Origin: Amoebophrya sp. A120 | Taxonomy: Eukaryota > Protista > Dinoflagellata | Length of the DNA stretch: 64,000 bases | Direction: 5' to 3' | NCBI GenBank assembly: GCA_905178155.1 | Contig: CAJINV010000005.1 | Span: 2,358,054-2,422,053, forward strand | Part shown: one piece after another, positions 1-11,949 of the stretch | Layout of the letters: the number at the start of each line of letters is the position of its first letter | Position numbering within the stretch: the first letter of the stretch is position 1 | Notes under the pieces: generated by a model | What the model saw: only the letters and a program-made list of their open reading frames with translations | The model's database searches: none | What the model was told of the DNA's origin: nothing | Made by a program: the position numbers and the translations under genes

Positions 1-539
1 GGAGGCCCTTCATTTTACAGCTCAAGAAAAGTTTTCCTGTTCTCGGTGCTCTTGGCCTTTTCTCATGTTTTCTCTCGGGTGTTGTGTGCAGCTTCTTGAC
101 GGGTCTACCAACCAAGGATACAACGCAGGTAGATGGATAATTAAGTGGGGCTTTGTGGATGATCCTTTCACCGCCGGGTGCGGGACAGCTACGTGGTCGC
201 GCAAGATCTGGCTTGGATTTCGTGCGCGGAACAAGTGAATATGCTGGATCAGTGTTTGTATTTGAATTTGTTTCAGAGTATGACTACAAAGCGGACAACC
301 GCGCAAAAATTCTCAACGAACAAGTTGGCGGCCAGATCTTTCTATTAATCGACATGATCAGCTCTGCTTATCTGCAGGCACTATCGGTGGACGAAACACT
401 CTTCGATCTTCGGGAGTGGTCCAGGAAAAGCGAATTGTTAGAGTTGTGCCGATGCAAAGTACGAAGCACTTTTTACTCTGGTTGCTTGTATGAAATGAAA
501 ACAAAAGAAAATTAGTACTAGATCATACCGACGAAGACG

Positions 540-3161
540 ATGTCCGCAACTCCTGTGTCGTCCCCAGGCTACGCCGACGAGATCCTGGCCCAGGAGCCCT
601 CGTTTTTCTCGAAGTTTTGCCTCGACGGGCTGCTGGCCCTCGCGGATTGTGTCGTGTTGCTCGGGCTGCTGGCGTATCAACTGTAAAAATGTCTGGGTCT
701 GGAAGATTCAGACACTTGTCATGCACGTTTTGCATGGGGATGGGCCCTGATGTCTGTGATGCATGCCCTAGCATCACAGATTTTTTGAGAGCTTCTTGAT
801 GCCTATTTCGCATGACAAATGCCCTCTCCGCGTAGCAAGAATTACACTGCCTTTGGTACTCATGCAATACAGATTTTTTTGGAATCCAAATGCAGCATCA
901 CAAGTTGAATTCTTCCAGACCCAGACATTTTTACATTTGATATGGCGCTGATCTCCCAGCTCCGCCGCACCAAGTCGTTGCTGGGACTGTCTCTGCAGAC
1001 GATCGTGGCGCTGACGGTCACTATCAACTGCAAAGCTGTCTGGCTCTGGAAGGATGCGAGCTTGTGATGCGTGTTGCGGATCATACAAAAATCTGTGTTG
1101 CGTGACTTGCAAAAGGTGTCCATTTCTGGCCATGCTGAGAGGGCATTTCTCATGCAGTATAGGCATCACCTTCTCCTTCACCAAGGGGCTGCAGAACCTG
1201 TTATGCTAGGCCCTACATTCCAGACTTGGTGGAACTTGGAGAAACTGCATGACAAATCTCGGAAGACTTACCGTTTGTAGCTTTTATAAAGAAATGGGAC
1301 GCCCTGCCCTTAGCCTTCCAACATGACAAATCGAAATCTCGGAATCTTCCAGACCCAGATTTATTTGCACTCGATAGTCACGCGGGTGCTGCATTTTGCC
1401 TCCTGTGTTCTCGGTTTCCACTTTGACGCCACCCGGTTTTTGCTGCTGGACTTGGCGTATGAACTGCAAAAGTATCGTACTAGTATAAATTGCAATACAA
1501 ATTTCCTCAGCATGAGAAATAAAACTTGTCATGCGGATCCACCTTAACAATAGAATTTGTAATGCATAAACGCGATTAGTACGAGTACGATGCTTTTGCA
1601 CAGGATATGGCGATCGTGGTGGCCCTGGTATTTGTCTGCCTCCAGGTGTTCGAGTTTTTCCCGACCTACCAGGGACTATCAAATGTAAAAATGTCTGGGT
1701 CTGGAAGGTTGGAACTTGTCATGCTGAATCTGAATCATGCAAGAAATCTGTGTTGCGTGATTACCAACAGCCGTCGTTTTTTACCAAGTTGAGAGGCAAT
1801 TTCTCATGCAGGATCGGCATGCTAGAGATCTCACAGAGTTTGTCATGCTAGGCGCTGCATTCCAGTCCTCATGAGTCATAGAAAACCTGCATGACAAACC
1901 TGGTAACCTTCCAGACCCAGACATTTTTACATTTGATAGGGACTCGCGGTGGACAAATTCGGCCGGTTTTTGCACCCCAACGACCATGCGCAGTGTGCCT
2001 GCCTGTACGTCGCGGCCCTCACGATCGCGCTGTTGACCATGTCGATCCGCCGAACAGAATATGCGCGTGCACACCTCGTTCTCAACATTTTTCTTCGCAA
2101 AAGAAGGCCAATTAAGTATTGTGGAGCCAGTGCTTCTCTTTTAATATCAGTGGCATGCGCATACTTCAAACCTGAAGCTTCGAAATACGATTGACCGGAC
2201 CACCAGGAGGATCACAGCACAACTCCAAGTCGTGTTGTTGTACATACACTGTACTGTTTTTTGAGTAGTTGCTGTTCCTGTATCAGACAATTTTAATTTT
2301 TTACAAAGGCAAAGGGGATGCAAGGAAGTCGAGTTCTTGTGCACTGTGCATACAGGAGCAAGCTTCAGCTCGTTCGTCTTTTGCTTTCACGAGATTCTCA
2401 CCCTCCTCGCACTGTTGCCCCAACTCTACATGTTCGCCGCCACTGCCCCGGAATCCCGGTCGGTGGACTTACTGTTGAAAATGGATTTCCTGCTCTTTTT
2501 CGGCCTCAGCAAGGTTTTGAACCTCGGGTTTTGGATCCTGTTCCCCGTACTCATCAGTGGGGTAAAAATATCGTCAAGTGCGGACACGATTTCTGGGATA
2601 GAAGCGAGTGCAGCTGCGGGCACTGCAGCTCTCGCTGCCTCCGGGGTAGAAGTCTCACCGAGCGATCCAGCTGCGGTGGCCTCAACAGCATCGCCAGGAC
2701 TAACAGGAGCAGCAGCAGCAGCCGACCAGCAGGCGTCTAGTGCGACAGCCGCGCCAATAGTAAGTCCACCAGCCGCGGCCTCGCGCGGCTACCCCGCGAA
2801 CCGTGGCGTGCAGATGTTCGCGGAGTTTGTCAATTTGCTTCTCCTTTCGGACTTCCTCTACGGCCGACTCCGAGTTCGGGAGAGCGTTCGGACTTTTCTC
2901 ATCCGGAATTTTGGCTTTCTGCTTCATTTTCTCGCCGGGGAAAAACGGAGTCGGAGCAGCGAAAGCAGTGCGGACATGGATTATATGACGGGAGAGGGTG
3001 ATGTTGATATGTGGAACATGCAGAATGGAAATTATGGAAACAACAAAGCGGATGGGTCGGCGATGCAGACCGTAGGTACCAGTGCCGGAGGTGGGGGAAA
3101 GGGGGGAAGCTATTTGTTCAACTACGATAAGAATTCCATGATGGATCACGACATGATATGA
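540..3161 (+). CDS. ERD2/KDEL-receptor-like multi-pass membrane protein, paralogue 1; multi-exon with 4 TIR introns and 1 probable GT-AG intron (~2067-2355)
   Basis: Removing elements 675-942, 1022-1376, 1458-1607 and 1677-1938 (each plus one 5-bp repeat) gives a continuous frame MSATPV...LADCVVLLGLLALISQLRRTKSLLGLSLQTIVALTVTRVLH...PTYQGLAVDKFG...HEILTLLALLPQLYMF...EFVNLLLLSDFLY...DHDMI*. The KS-GLS-T, LPQL and L-DF-Y motifs match the ER lumen protein-retaining receptor family. Confidence 0.75.
675..942. mobile_element. Family A TIR introner-like element, 268 bp; reverse orientation relative to the 10320 copy
   Basis: TIR tatcaa(c/a)tgtaaaaatgtctgggtctggaag; 5-bp direct repeat tggcg. Confidence 0.95.
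1022..1376. mobile_element. Family A element, 355 bp
   Basis: Diverged A TIRs; direct repeat gtcac; removal gives LTVTRVLH. Confidence 0.9.
1458..1607. mobile_element. Family C element, 150 bp
   Basis: TIR tat-N5-tgcaaaagtatcgtact; direct repeat tggcg. Confidence 0.92.
1677..1938. mobile_element. Family A element, 262 bp
   Basis: Perfect >30-bp TIR; direct repeat gggac. Confidence 0.95.
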
Positions 3162-3762
3162 AAAATAAGAAGTGCAAACCGAGGACTTTGAAGCAGAATG
3201 TCGCTGGCGATCAGGATGATGTGTGGAAATCGTGAATCAGAATCACAATTCATTTTTTCACCAAATTGTCTACGTAGGGAGGAGTTGACGGGTTTGGTTT
3301 CGACATAGGAAGATTGCGGCTCGCTGTGCAACAGAGTTTTCTTTCGTCTTATTTGCTATCATGCTTCTGAATTTATCGTCGAGAGTCTATCACCAGCGCC
3401 GATTCATCGTTGCGCTCGAGAGTCTACCTCTCTAGTCGCGGCGCGCTCGTGTTTCGAAGAGAGCGAAATCGAGAAGGTAGAGGATGAAAAAACAGCGTCG
3501 TGTGACGTAGAACGTGCAGAGTGACGAATCAGCTGCAAAACAATACTGAGTTGAGTCGGTAAAGCACTGCGAAGAAGGATCTGCTCCTCGACATCGATTC
3601 GTTTCAAGAAGGTAGAAGCGAATCAGTTCGTAGTTGTATGACACATAGATACTATGTGTTCTACCGTTGAAGCGTAGATTCACACTGTCCGTGTGCCGCA
3701 CATCCAGACCTGCAGTTGTACATGTAGAAAGATACTCATCAGCTTTTCCTCAGCTCAACAAC

Positions 3763-6700
3763 ATGACCTCCTTCGACATGGATCTGTCCCCGAGCAGCCT
3801 GATTCCCGTCCCGAACAGCACGGTTCGGTTGGCGGAGGAGCTGGGTGCCATTGGGAGTGAAGACGAAGAAGGAGCACTGCACAGTCGAAGTAACGACAAC
3901 CACCACTCGGAGAAGACTGGCTTCGAGGATGAAAATACCGGAAAGAGCGTCGAGCCTGTATTGAGAAAACTTGTCAAGTACACCATCAAACTGACCAGGA
4001 TCGCGGACTTGGAAAAGGTGCACGACGTGTTTTTCTCTTGCGCATCCGACAGAAAAGTTCATCTTGCAGATCATGATGTTAACGAGCAACCAAAAGAAGA
4101 TGAAGTAGATCTTGGTCTGGAAAAAGTATTCAACAACTCTTCGTCAACATCTTCCTCTTCAACACACACCGCTTTGACCACCGGCGGGAAAGGACTTGGG
4201 GCGGACTTGGCGAAAAATCAAGATGGAGCTGCATCAAGAATCCTGCACAGAAATATGAAAACCGGTGAAAAATCTAGTTGTTGTCCTGTTCGGCGAGAAG
4301 ATGATCATGGGACGACAACTGCGACAGGGTCGTGCGGTGGGAAGACGACTTCCAGGGGAGCTGGTGCAACATCCACCTCTATTAGCAGTTCACTCGGAGG
4401 TCCTTGTCCTCGAGGTCGTGGCTCCGTTAAGGTGAAAGACATCGCGCTCCTGCACGATCAGTCTATTTCGCGGTCGTACACCCGCGTTGTTTTCACAACG
4501 AAATCCTCATCTTCAAGTGCGCCGGGTAGTTCTCGAGGTCAGGGTAGTCGTAGTTCTACGTCGGCGAGGACAACGTCCAGTGCCCCCATCGTGCTCCGGT
4601 GTGGCCGCCGACCGGGCAACGAGCTGGTGATCGACGACCAACGAATTAGCGGCATTCACTTCTTGCTGAGACAGGTATTGTTTTTACATGAGTTTTGTTT
4701 GCTGCCGTGTTCTGCAAGGCAAGGGCGGGTGCACAGAACATCATTCCTGTTTTTGCTATCGTTCATCATTCCTGCACGGCCTCGTTTATCATTCCTGTTT
4801 TTGCTATCGCCATCAAAGTGGTAGTACGCTGAAGAAAAAAAGAAACCTAAGTTCAAATTTGTACCACATTTAAACATACAGATGCCAGAGCGTGTGGAGC
4901 CTCCACCTCGGCAAGAAGAAAGCGACAAGTTCCCCACCACCAGCTCGAACAAGGATCCACTACCACCACCCGTGTTCCACCTCGTAGACAGTTCGACAAA
5001 CGGCGTGTGGGTGAACGGCGTTCCCGTCGAGGACAAGACGCAGTTGAGCGACGGCGACGTCGTGACGCTTTTGCACGACCCGAAGGTTCCGGTGAGGGAG
5101 CGGATGTCCTTTCTGGTGCAGATCGAGGTAGACGTCGAGGAGGTGGAAGAGGGAAAAAGCGGCGAGTTGGAAGTAGGAGGGCAAACGACAATGCGGGAGC
5201 TGCAGTTCTGCCGAACCGTGGTGTTGAGCAACTTGCTTGGAACTACGACCTCTGAGGCAGCTCCAGCGTCTGCTCCTGCGTCATCGTCGTGCCTGTCTAC
5301 TTCGGCCGCACAGAAGATGAGAGCCGCAGATGTAGCGAAGAATCGTGGACGAGATGAAGATGAAGATGAATGTGCGAAACCCTTCCCCCCTCCAGCAGCA
5401 GAAGCCATAGGAGAAGATGAAATAAATGAAGACGACCACCCTGCGGTCGTTCTGTCCGCTTCCATGCTACGGAAAAAGTACAACTTTGCCACGCCCAGTC
5501 GCCAGCACGGGTCGGCAGTTCTGAACAACAGCGGGCTACTCGTACAACAACAGCCCGGTTGTGGTCTATTAAGCGGGGGAGAGGAGCAACTTGCAGCTCC
5601 TAGTGAACATACACCGTCGGCAGCCGTGGCGCCGGCTGAGGAGGGGACGACGGCTACAAAAAACGGCCCTCGTGAAGCACATGCTCCAGCAGCGAGCAGT
5701 ACCGGCTACGGCCAGAGAATCACGATCGCAGAAAACACCGCAGCCGCCGCGGTCGAATCGTGTCGGCGGAACCTTGCTTTGGTGTGTGCGGGGCCTGACA
5801 GCGAAGATTTGGATGAAACAGAAGAGCAAGTGGAGGATATGCTTGGCGACAGCGGAGGCACGGGCGGGATGGGGACACTTAATCAGAATCTGAACAAGCG
5901 CGCCGAGGAGGCATCAAGTTCTTCCTCTTCCTCATCTTCAAGAAAGGATAACTGTTCTACGTCGGAAATTCTACAAGCAGCAGGCGAAAAGCAAAAGGAA
6001 AACAACGTCGGACGACAGAGTGCAGGCACGACGGGCAGTTTTCCTGTTGAGGCGAGCAGGGACGGCGAAGTTGTGCGTGTCCCATCAAGTTGTAGGCCAA
6101 TTGGGGAAGAACCGTCTTCATCCTCCAGCTCGTCCTCGTCCGCCGCATCGAGCAGTAGGAGCTCCGAATTGCCAAAAGAGCCAGTCGCACCGGGAGATGG
6201 AGCCGTGGCGGGGGTTGTAGTCTCGTCCACAACTACGGTTGTAGCTCCTTCCGCAAGCGCGACTACCACACCACCAGCCAGTGGACGAGTGAATGTAAAC
6301 AACGAAACGGATGATCGTCAGAGTAGACCGAGACCGCCCCCAACCGCACCACCTCCAGCGTTTCTGGCCAGTGCTGCCGGTCGAACATCTTCAACTAGCC
6401 TCACAAGTCGCTTTCCACCGGCGCAAGTGGATCATCTTCAGGCAGGCAGCTCATCCAGTAGTCCTACGGAGCTGCAAGAAGAGGAGCAAGAATTATTTCA
6501 AACTGTGCTGCAGCCAGGCCCGGGAGGAAAAAACATTCGAGTGCGAGTGAAGACGACCAAGAAGGCGCAGGTAGTGCCCGTAGCAGCTTCTTCGTCGTCG
6601 GATGGTAGAAGAAGTTCCTCGGCCTCGTCATCGTCGAGTAGCACGGTTACAGGGCCGCAAGACGAACGAGGAACTACGGAAAGAGCAGGCAATAGCACAG

Positions 6701-7459
6701 AAGAAATTGGTATTATTCCAGACGCATCATCGGTTGAGATGTCGGACAAGAATTCTCGAGGTCGAGTCGAAAATCATTCCAGAAGTGCAGAACTTGCAGG
6801 AGTCACCACGACGGGTGCTGGGGCAACTAGTACAACAACTCCTGTAGAAGTAACTAACGACAGTGCAGGTCATCTTGCAACATCCTCCACCCAGCTCCGA
6901 GACGAGCTGTTGCAAGACATCACTTGTGGTGTTTGCTGCGACGTTTTGTATATGAACTGCAAAAGTATTGTACTCGTATAAATGCATTACAAATTTCTTC
7001 AGCGTGAGAAATAAAATTTCTCATGCTGATTTACCTTAAGAAAAATATTTGTAATGCAAGGCTTGCATTTATACGAGTACGATACTTTTGCACAGGATAT
7101 TGTACAAGCCGATCTGCGTGATTCCCTGCCTGCACAACTTCTGTTCCAGCTGCTACTTGGAGTGGGTGCACACGTCCGTCGTCGCGAAACGAACGATGAA
7201 GCCGCCGAAGGAGCAGTGCCCGATTTGCCGGGTCGAGGTGACGCATCGGCAGCTGAACTGTCCTCTAATCGGGATCGTGGACACGTTTTTGAAAAACCAC
7301 CCCGAGAAAAAGCGAACGGAAAACGATTTGGCAGAGCAAGACCGGAAGGAGGCGAACCTGCTGCAGACCAAATCCTTTCTGGAAAAGTATCCGCCAAACG
7401 CGCCGGGGCGACGGCGACCGGTCACGCGGGAGAACTCCGTGGCCTGCAGTGTGATGTAG
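3763..7459 (+). CDS. CHFR: CHFR-like FHA + C3HC4 RING E3 ubiquitin ligase; GT-AG intron 4675-4881 and TIR intron 6951-7099
   Basis: FHA motifs GRRPGNELVIDDQRISGIHF and LVDSSTNGVWVNG are joined across the GT-AG intron. After removing 6951-7104 the RING reads ITCGVCCDVLYKPICVIPCLHNFCSSCYLEW...CPICR, followed by the CHFR-type LIGIVDTFLKNHPEKKRTENDL. Confidence 0.85.
6951..7099. mobile_element. Family C element, 149 bp, inside the RING domain
   Basis: C-type TIRs; direct repeat ttgta. Confidence 0.95.
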
Positions 7460-8567
7460 TAGTTAGTATCTGTATTGCTACGGAACGGCTGGAAGTCTAA
7501 ATGAAATATATGCACAATGAAGATTCTGTTTCTATTGTGACAACGAGCTTGCGGAGATTTTTTTCAAAAAGTACTTCTATCTACGTCGAAGTTGAGAATA
7601 AAGAAAATCGATTGTTGATGCTCAGTGAGCACATTGTGCGAGGCGATGGAAACAATGGGACGGAGGACGAGCAGCAGTTTGTAGTATAACGAAAGTTTCA
7701 AAGCCTTGACTTCTCTCCTAAAATTATGCCGAACTGAACTCCGAAGATGCAAAATAAAGTCGAATGCAACTAAAGATGAACTGAACAGTGCAGTTTTCTA
7801 GCGAATTAAGAGACGTCCGTCTCTGTCGTTGGAATTAAAAGGCGCTTTTCCGCTGGCAGTCTGCAGCGGTATTTGGACCTAAGTCTTAAGCACCTTTGCC
7901 CTCGCGATGAAACCTCTCGGTGACGCTACAAGACTTATTTCGGTGAAGTTGCAAAAGTTGATGTAGGCATGATCGTGTCATGCTCAGAACTTCACGTGTC
8001 GCGTTTCTGGAACCGATCAGTGTCAGCGGTCGTCGGTGTCATTTTCTTACACGTGTCGACGTTGTTGAGGTTGCCATTTCGTGGTTCTGACTTTTGATAA
8101 AGTGAGTACGTCTAGTTCCACACAGATGTCGGTATTTTGCCTGAAAGCTGTCCATTCGGTCGTTTTGCGTTGCTGTGCTATGCCCTTTTTCGTGCATTCG
8201 TCCGCCTCTGTGCATTTGTCGTCTTCGTGCGCTTGTAGTTTCATCGTAAAGATTGTCTTTCCCAGATGATAGATTCGTCCAGGTTTCTCTTTCTGTTCGT
8301 TTACGTATGTATTCAGGAGCGTGGTTTGACGTTTTAACACAACACGATAAAAATCATACTTGCACGACCCGTCAAGAATTTTCACAATTTAAGAAACTAC
8401 AACCCCTTTTCTTCTAGTCCCCAACTTTACACTTCTACACTTCGATTTTTGCAAGCGTATACAACGAGCAACTTCCTCCTATTGAACAAAGCTTCCTTGC
8501 TGATAAAATTCTTTATCAAATCTAACTTCTCACTTCCCCCAGAGAAACAAAAGTTGTGAAGTCGAAA

Positions 8568-11500
8568 ATGGTTCATCCAGCATCGAAGCATGGCAGGCGA
8601 AGCAACCAGCTTTTTTCCCGCACCGTCTCCACGTCAACCGCTCTTGTCTTTCTCGCGACCACAACGACGCAAGACAGGCTTGTGCCCCTCGTTCAAGGCT
8701 TCGACGTAAAGAAGATCTTGCAGCACCAGAGTACAACTACGGTTGCTTCCGCGCGAGGACGGGTAAAAACGAGTGCCAGCACAGCAGATGATGATGAACA
8801 AGAAATAGGGCAGTCGGTAATACAGGTTCTTGATGATGCCGAAGAGAAGAAACCTGCTTCCGCGTTACATTTACAGCCCGCAGCTCTACAACTCACAGGG
8901 GCGGAAACTACCGAGGCTGACGTGCCTTTCGCGACATTTGCTGCGCCAGCTGCTGTTGTAGATGAAACTACAAGCAATTACCATCAAAATGGTGTCGAAT
9001 TACGCGGAGATGATGCAGCAGAGGAGCTGAACTACGAGCATGAACTAGCGTACTACATCCCGACGGATTTTCTAGAGAAGCAGGGCTCGTCGTCTTCGAC
9101 CACCCAGGACAACAATTTCGGCAAGGTGGGAGAGACATCAACGACCGATGCGCCGCCCATCTTGGATGCGACCGCGTCCGCCGGAGCGGGAGAGGAGGAG
9201 AAGCATAGGAAGGGAAATTTACAAAATAAAGGCAAGAAAAATTTCATCGCAGGGAACGCCGCGGCGAGCGGTTCCGTTGCGACCTCAAACGACGTATCCT
9301 GTGCAAAAGTATCGTACTCGTATATATAAATGCATTACAAATTTTCCCAGCATGAGAAATTGGAATATTTTAGTACAATTGGTTTTTAATTTGTAATGCG
9401 GTTTTACCTTAAGAAAATTATTTGTAATGCAAGACCTGCATTTATACGACTACGAGTGCGATACTTTTGCAATGCATACGAAGCAACCTCGGACGAAGAC
9501 GAGGTGGTCCGGGTTGGGTATCCTATTTGAAAACGTCCCCACCCAATAGTTGTAATGCAAATCTACATGGTGACAATGTTTCCCATGCGGAGCCCCATGA
9601 GAAGCAGTTTCTAGTCGTGTTTTGCAATTTGTCATGCTCCAATCAGCATGGTGTGCTAGGTCTGTGATGCTGCTGAGCTAGCTCAAACAGCACTACACTA
9701 CGATTCCAAATTTGTGATGCAAAACAGCCAAAACTTGTGGATTTGTCTAGCCGATTCCCCATCTTGACTATGGTGTGGGGACATTTTTACTCAGGATATT
9801 GGGCGACCAAAAACCATGGCCTCCAAGGGCGAAAAGTTTATCACGCATAAGGTATCTTGATCAATCTTCTATCGGTTATATACTTATTCTAGAGTTCATG
9901 TATTTCTAGTTTTCATCGCACGGGCACGCTTCATTTGTCTTTTCATGTCTTCCGCTTTGTCATACCCAGCCGCAGCCCCAGTGGCACTGACCAGCAGGAG
10001 TGGCAGGTGCATACGAGTACAAAAATTCTTCTAGACCGGCACCATGCAACACGAACTGTTTTCACGTGAGCAGTACCCTGTTCTTAAGTCCAAGACGAGT
10101 CAACAGCTGACATCACCTTCTCAGTCTGGAAATAAGTAAGTAGCCACGACGAAAGAATGATTAAATCCAACTGCTTCCACTCAAAATAAAAACTACAGGA
10201 CTCCATCATTTTTGGCTTCCTGACGGACAGTATCCTGGACATTCTGATTCTGATCGCCGACCTGATGTGCCTCTTCGCCTTCTACTCCGTCTACCGGTGC
10301 GTCGTTTCCCGGGGCGCCATATCAAATGTAAAAATGTCTGGGTCTGGAAGAATGCAACTTGTGATGCTGCATTTGGATTCCAGAGAAATCTGTATTGCAT
10401 GAGTACCAAAAGGAATGCAATTTTTGCTACGCGGAGGGGGCATCTGTCATGCGGAATAGGCATCAAGAAGCTCTCAAAAAATCTGTGATGCTAGGGCATG
10501 CATCACAGACATCAGGGCTCATGCAAAACGTGCGTGACAAGTCTGGATGACTGTGACCTGGCCCGTCTTTGATGGGCAGGCGGATGACCGTGACCTGTCT
10601 CGCCTATCAAGATCCCTAATCCGTAGCTCCTAGACGTTGCCTGGCCCGCGAATGACTCCAGGGCAGCCGGATGACTGTGACCTGGTTATAAAGGGCTTCG
10701 TCGATCGATTGCGCCACTAGGGCCTTGCGTTCCGGCTACTCCGGATCGCAATCGATGGAGGGCGGGACCTGCACCGGCGACAGGCGCTACCCAACCAACC
10801 AACCAACCAACCAAGTCTCAGAATCTTCCAGACCCAGACATTTTTGCATTTGATACGCCAAGGGAGTCTCCATTCAGTCCTTCACGGCCTTCGCCATGGC
10901 GCGGGTTTTGCATTCCTCTGCCCACGTGCTTCAAGTCCACTACCAGCCGACCTCGCTGCCGTACCTCCTCTACTTCGCGGTGGACATGTGCAACGTCGTG
11001 GTGGGGATGAGGGCTAGTTACGAACTCTGGACCAAGTCCAACTACGGGGACTTTGACGGCGATATCTGCGGCAGCTGGCTGTTACAGTGTTTTACGCCGA
11101 AAAAGTGGCACCACACGAATTTTGTGAAGCACGGGGGGCTGTTCGTGATGAGCCTGATTCTCGGGCTGGCCTGGTCCTGCTTCCGGTACGACGACGACGC
11201 GAGGAGCCGGGGCTTTTTGATGTTCGCAGCCTGCTCCTGCTGTGAGATCATCCAGTTGTTGGCCTGCTTGCCGCAGTTGTACATTCTGCACGTGGAGCGA
11301 AGGATTCCCGCGCTGTTGGGCGACTTTTTGATGCTGCAGGTACTGGTTGTTTCATCTATGATTTTTACGAAGGAGGTCTTTTTTTCAGCCGCGGCTGCTC
11401 ATCAGGACCTCCTTGCTCGTGAAAAAAATGTTAGCACCATTGGAATCAATGCTCGCGTTTCGGTTTCTCTTGTTTTTCCATCGAATACGAAAGTCACCGC

Positions 11501-11949
11501 GACAGCAGGAAAAATGTTTGCATGCTGCAGGAGGCTGCACAACATGACTTTAAATTTATCATTTTTTTCACCGGCGTTGCTGGGAACGTTTTTGAAGTAC
11601 AGTAGATGTTCTCTCGGCCAAACCGAGAATCAAAACTTAAACTCTATGAAGATGCTACTGAAAAAATTGAATCCCCAAACAACTTCTACATCAGGGTGCT
11701 GCGAAATTGTCGCTGTTCACGTTCTGGCTGTTGTTTCCGGTCACGCACGGTTGGACCCCCAGCAACTGGCTCGTCGCCACGGGCACGGAGTTTTTCAACA
11801 TTCTGATCCTGCTGGACTTTATGATCTTCTACCTGCGCACCACGTTTTTCGGGCTGGCGAAAGGGGGCTCCGGTGGGGCGGGGAGCAGGGGAAACAACAA
11901 TCCGAAGGGCAATTCCGTCATGGTCTTGGATCACGATATGATGATTTGA
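8568..11949 (+). CDS. ERD2/KDEL-receptor-like paralogue 2 with a long low-complexity N-terminal extension
   Basis: In-frame assembly across elements 9295, 9519 and 10320 and GT-AG introns 9852-10198 and 11340-11694: ...THK|DSIIFG...IADLMCLFAFYSVYRCVVSRGAKGVSIQSFTAFAMARVLH...EIIQLLACLPQLYIL...EFFNILILLDFMIFYLR...DHDMMI*. The link between the 8568-9851 part and the receptor part is inferred from matching splice phase. Confidence 0.7.
9295..9478. mobile_element. Family C element, 184 bp
   Basis: C-type TIRs; imperfect repeat cgacg/cgaag. Confidence 0.88.
9519..9798. mobile_element. Family B element (subfamily B1), 280 bp
   Basis: TIR resembling tatcctgagtaaaaacgt(a/c)cccacacca; direct repeat ttggg. 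Confidence 0.93.
10320..10855. mobile_element. Family A element (262 bp core) carrying a nested insertion
   Basis: A TIRs; direct repeat cgcca. Confidence 0.95.
10545..10811 (+). mobile_element. Short retroposon-like insertion with a (CCAA)n tail
   Basis: 7-bp duplication caagtct (10538-10544 and 10812-10818); three internal ggatgac(t/c)gtgacctg repeats; microsatellite 3' tail. Confidence 0.7.

Noticed and set aside
1-515. ORF 153-515 or the tail of an upstream gene
   Set aside because: No recognisable motif or reliable splice structure, so it cannot be supported.
675-1938. CRISPR-like array suggested by recurring ~30-bp repeats
   Set aside because: The repeats are inverted pairs bounding dispersed elements within eukaryotic exons. 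There is no regular direct repeat-spacer pattern and no cas gene.
4740-4810. ~21-bp duplication tcattcctgtttttgctatcg in the CHFR intron
   Set aside because: A local tandem duplication in a canonical intron, with no TIR or further copies.
10545-10811. Hammerhead ribozyme in the ggatgac repeats
   Set aside because: The CUGANGA and GAAA core motifs are absent.
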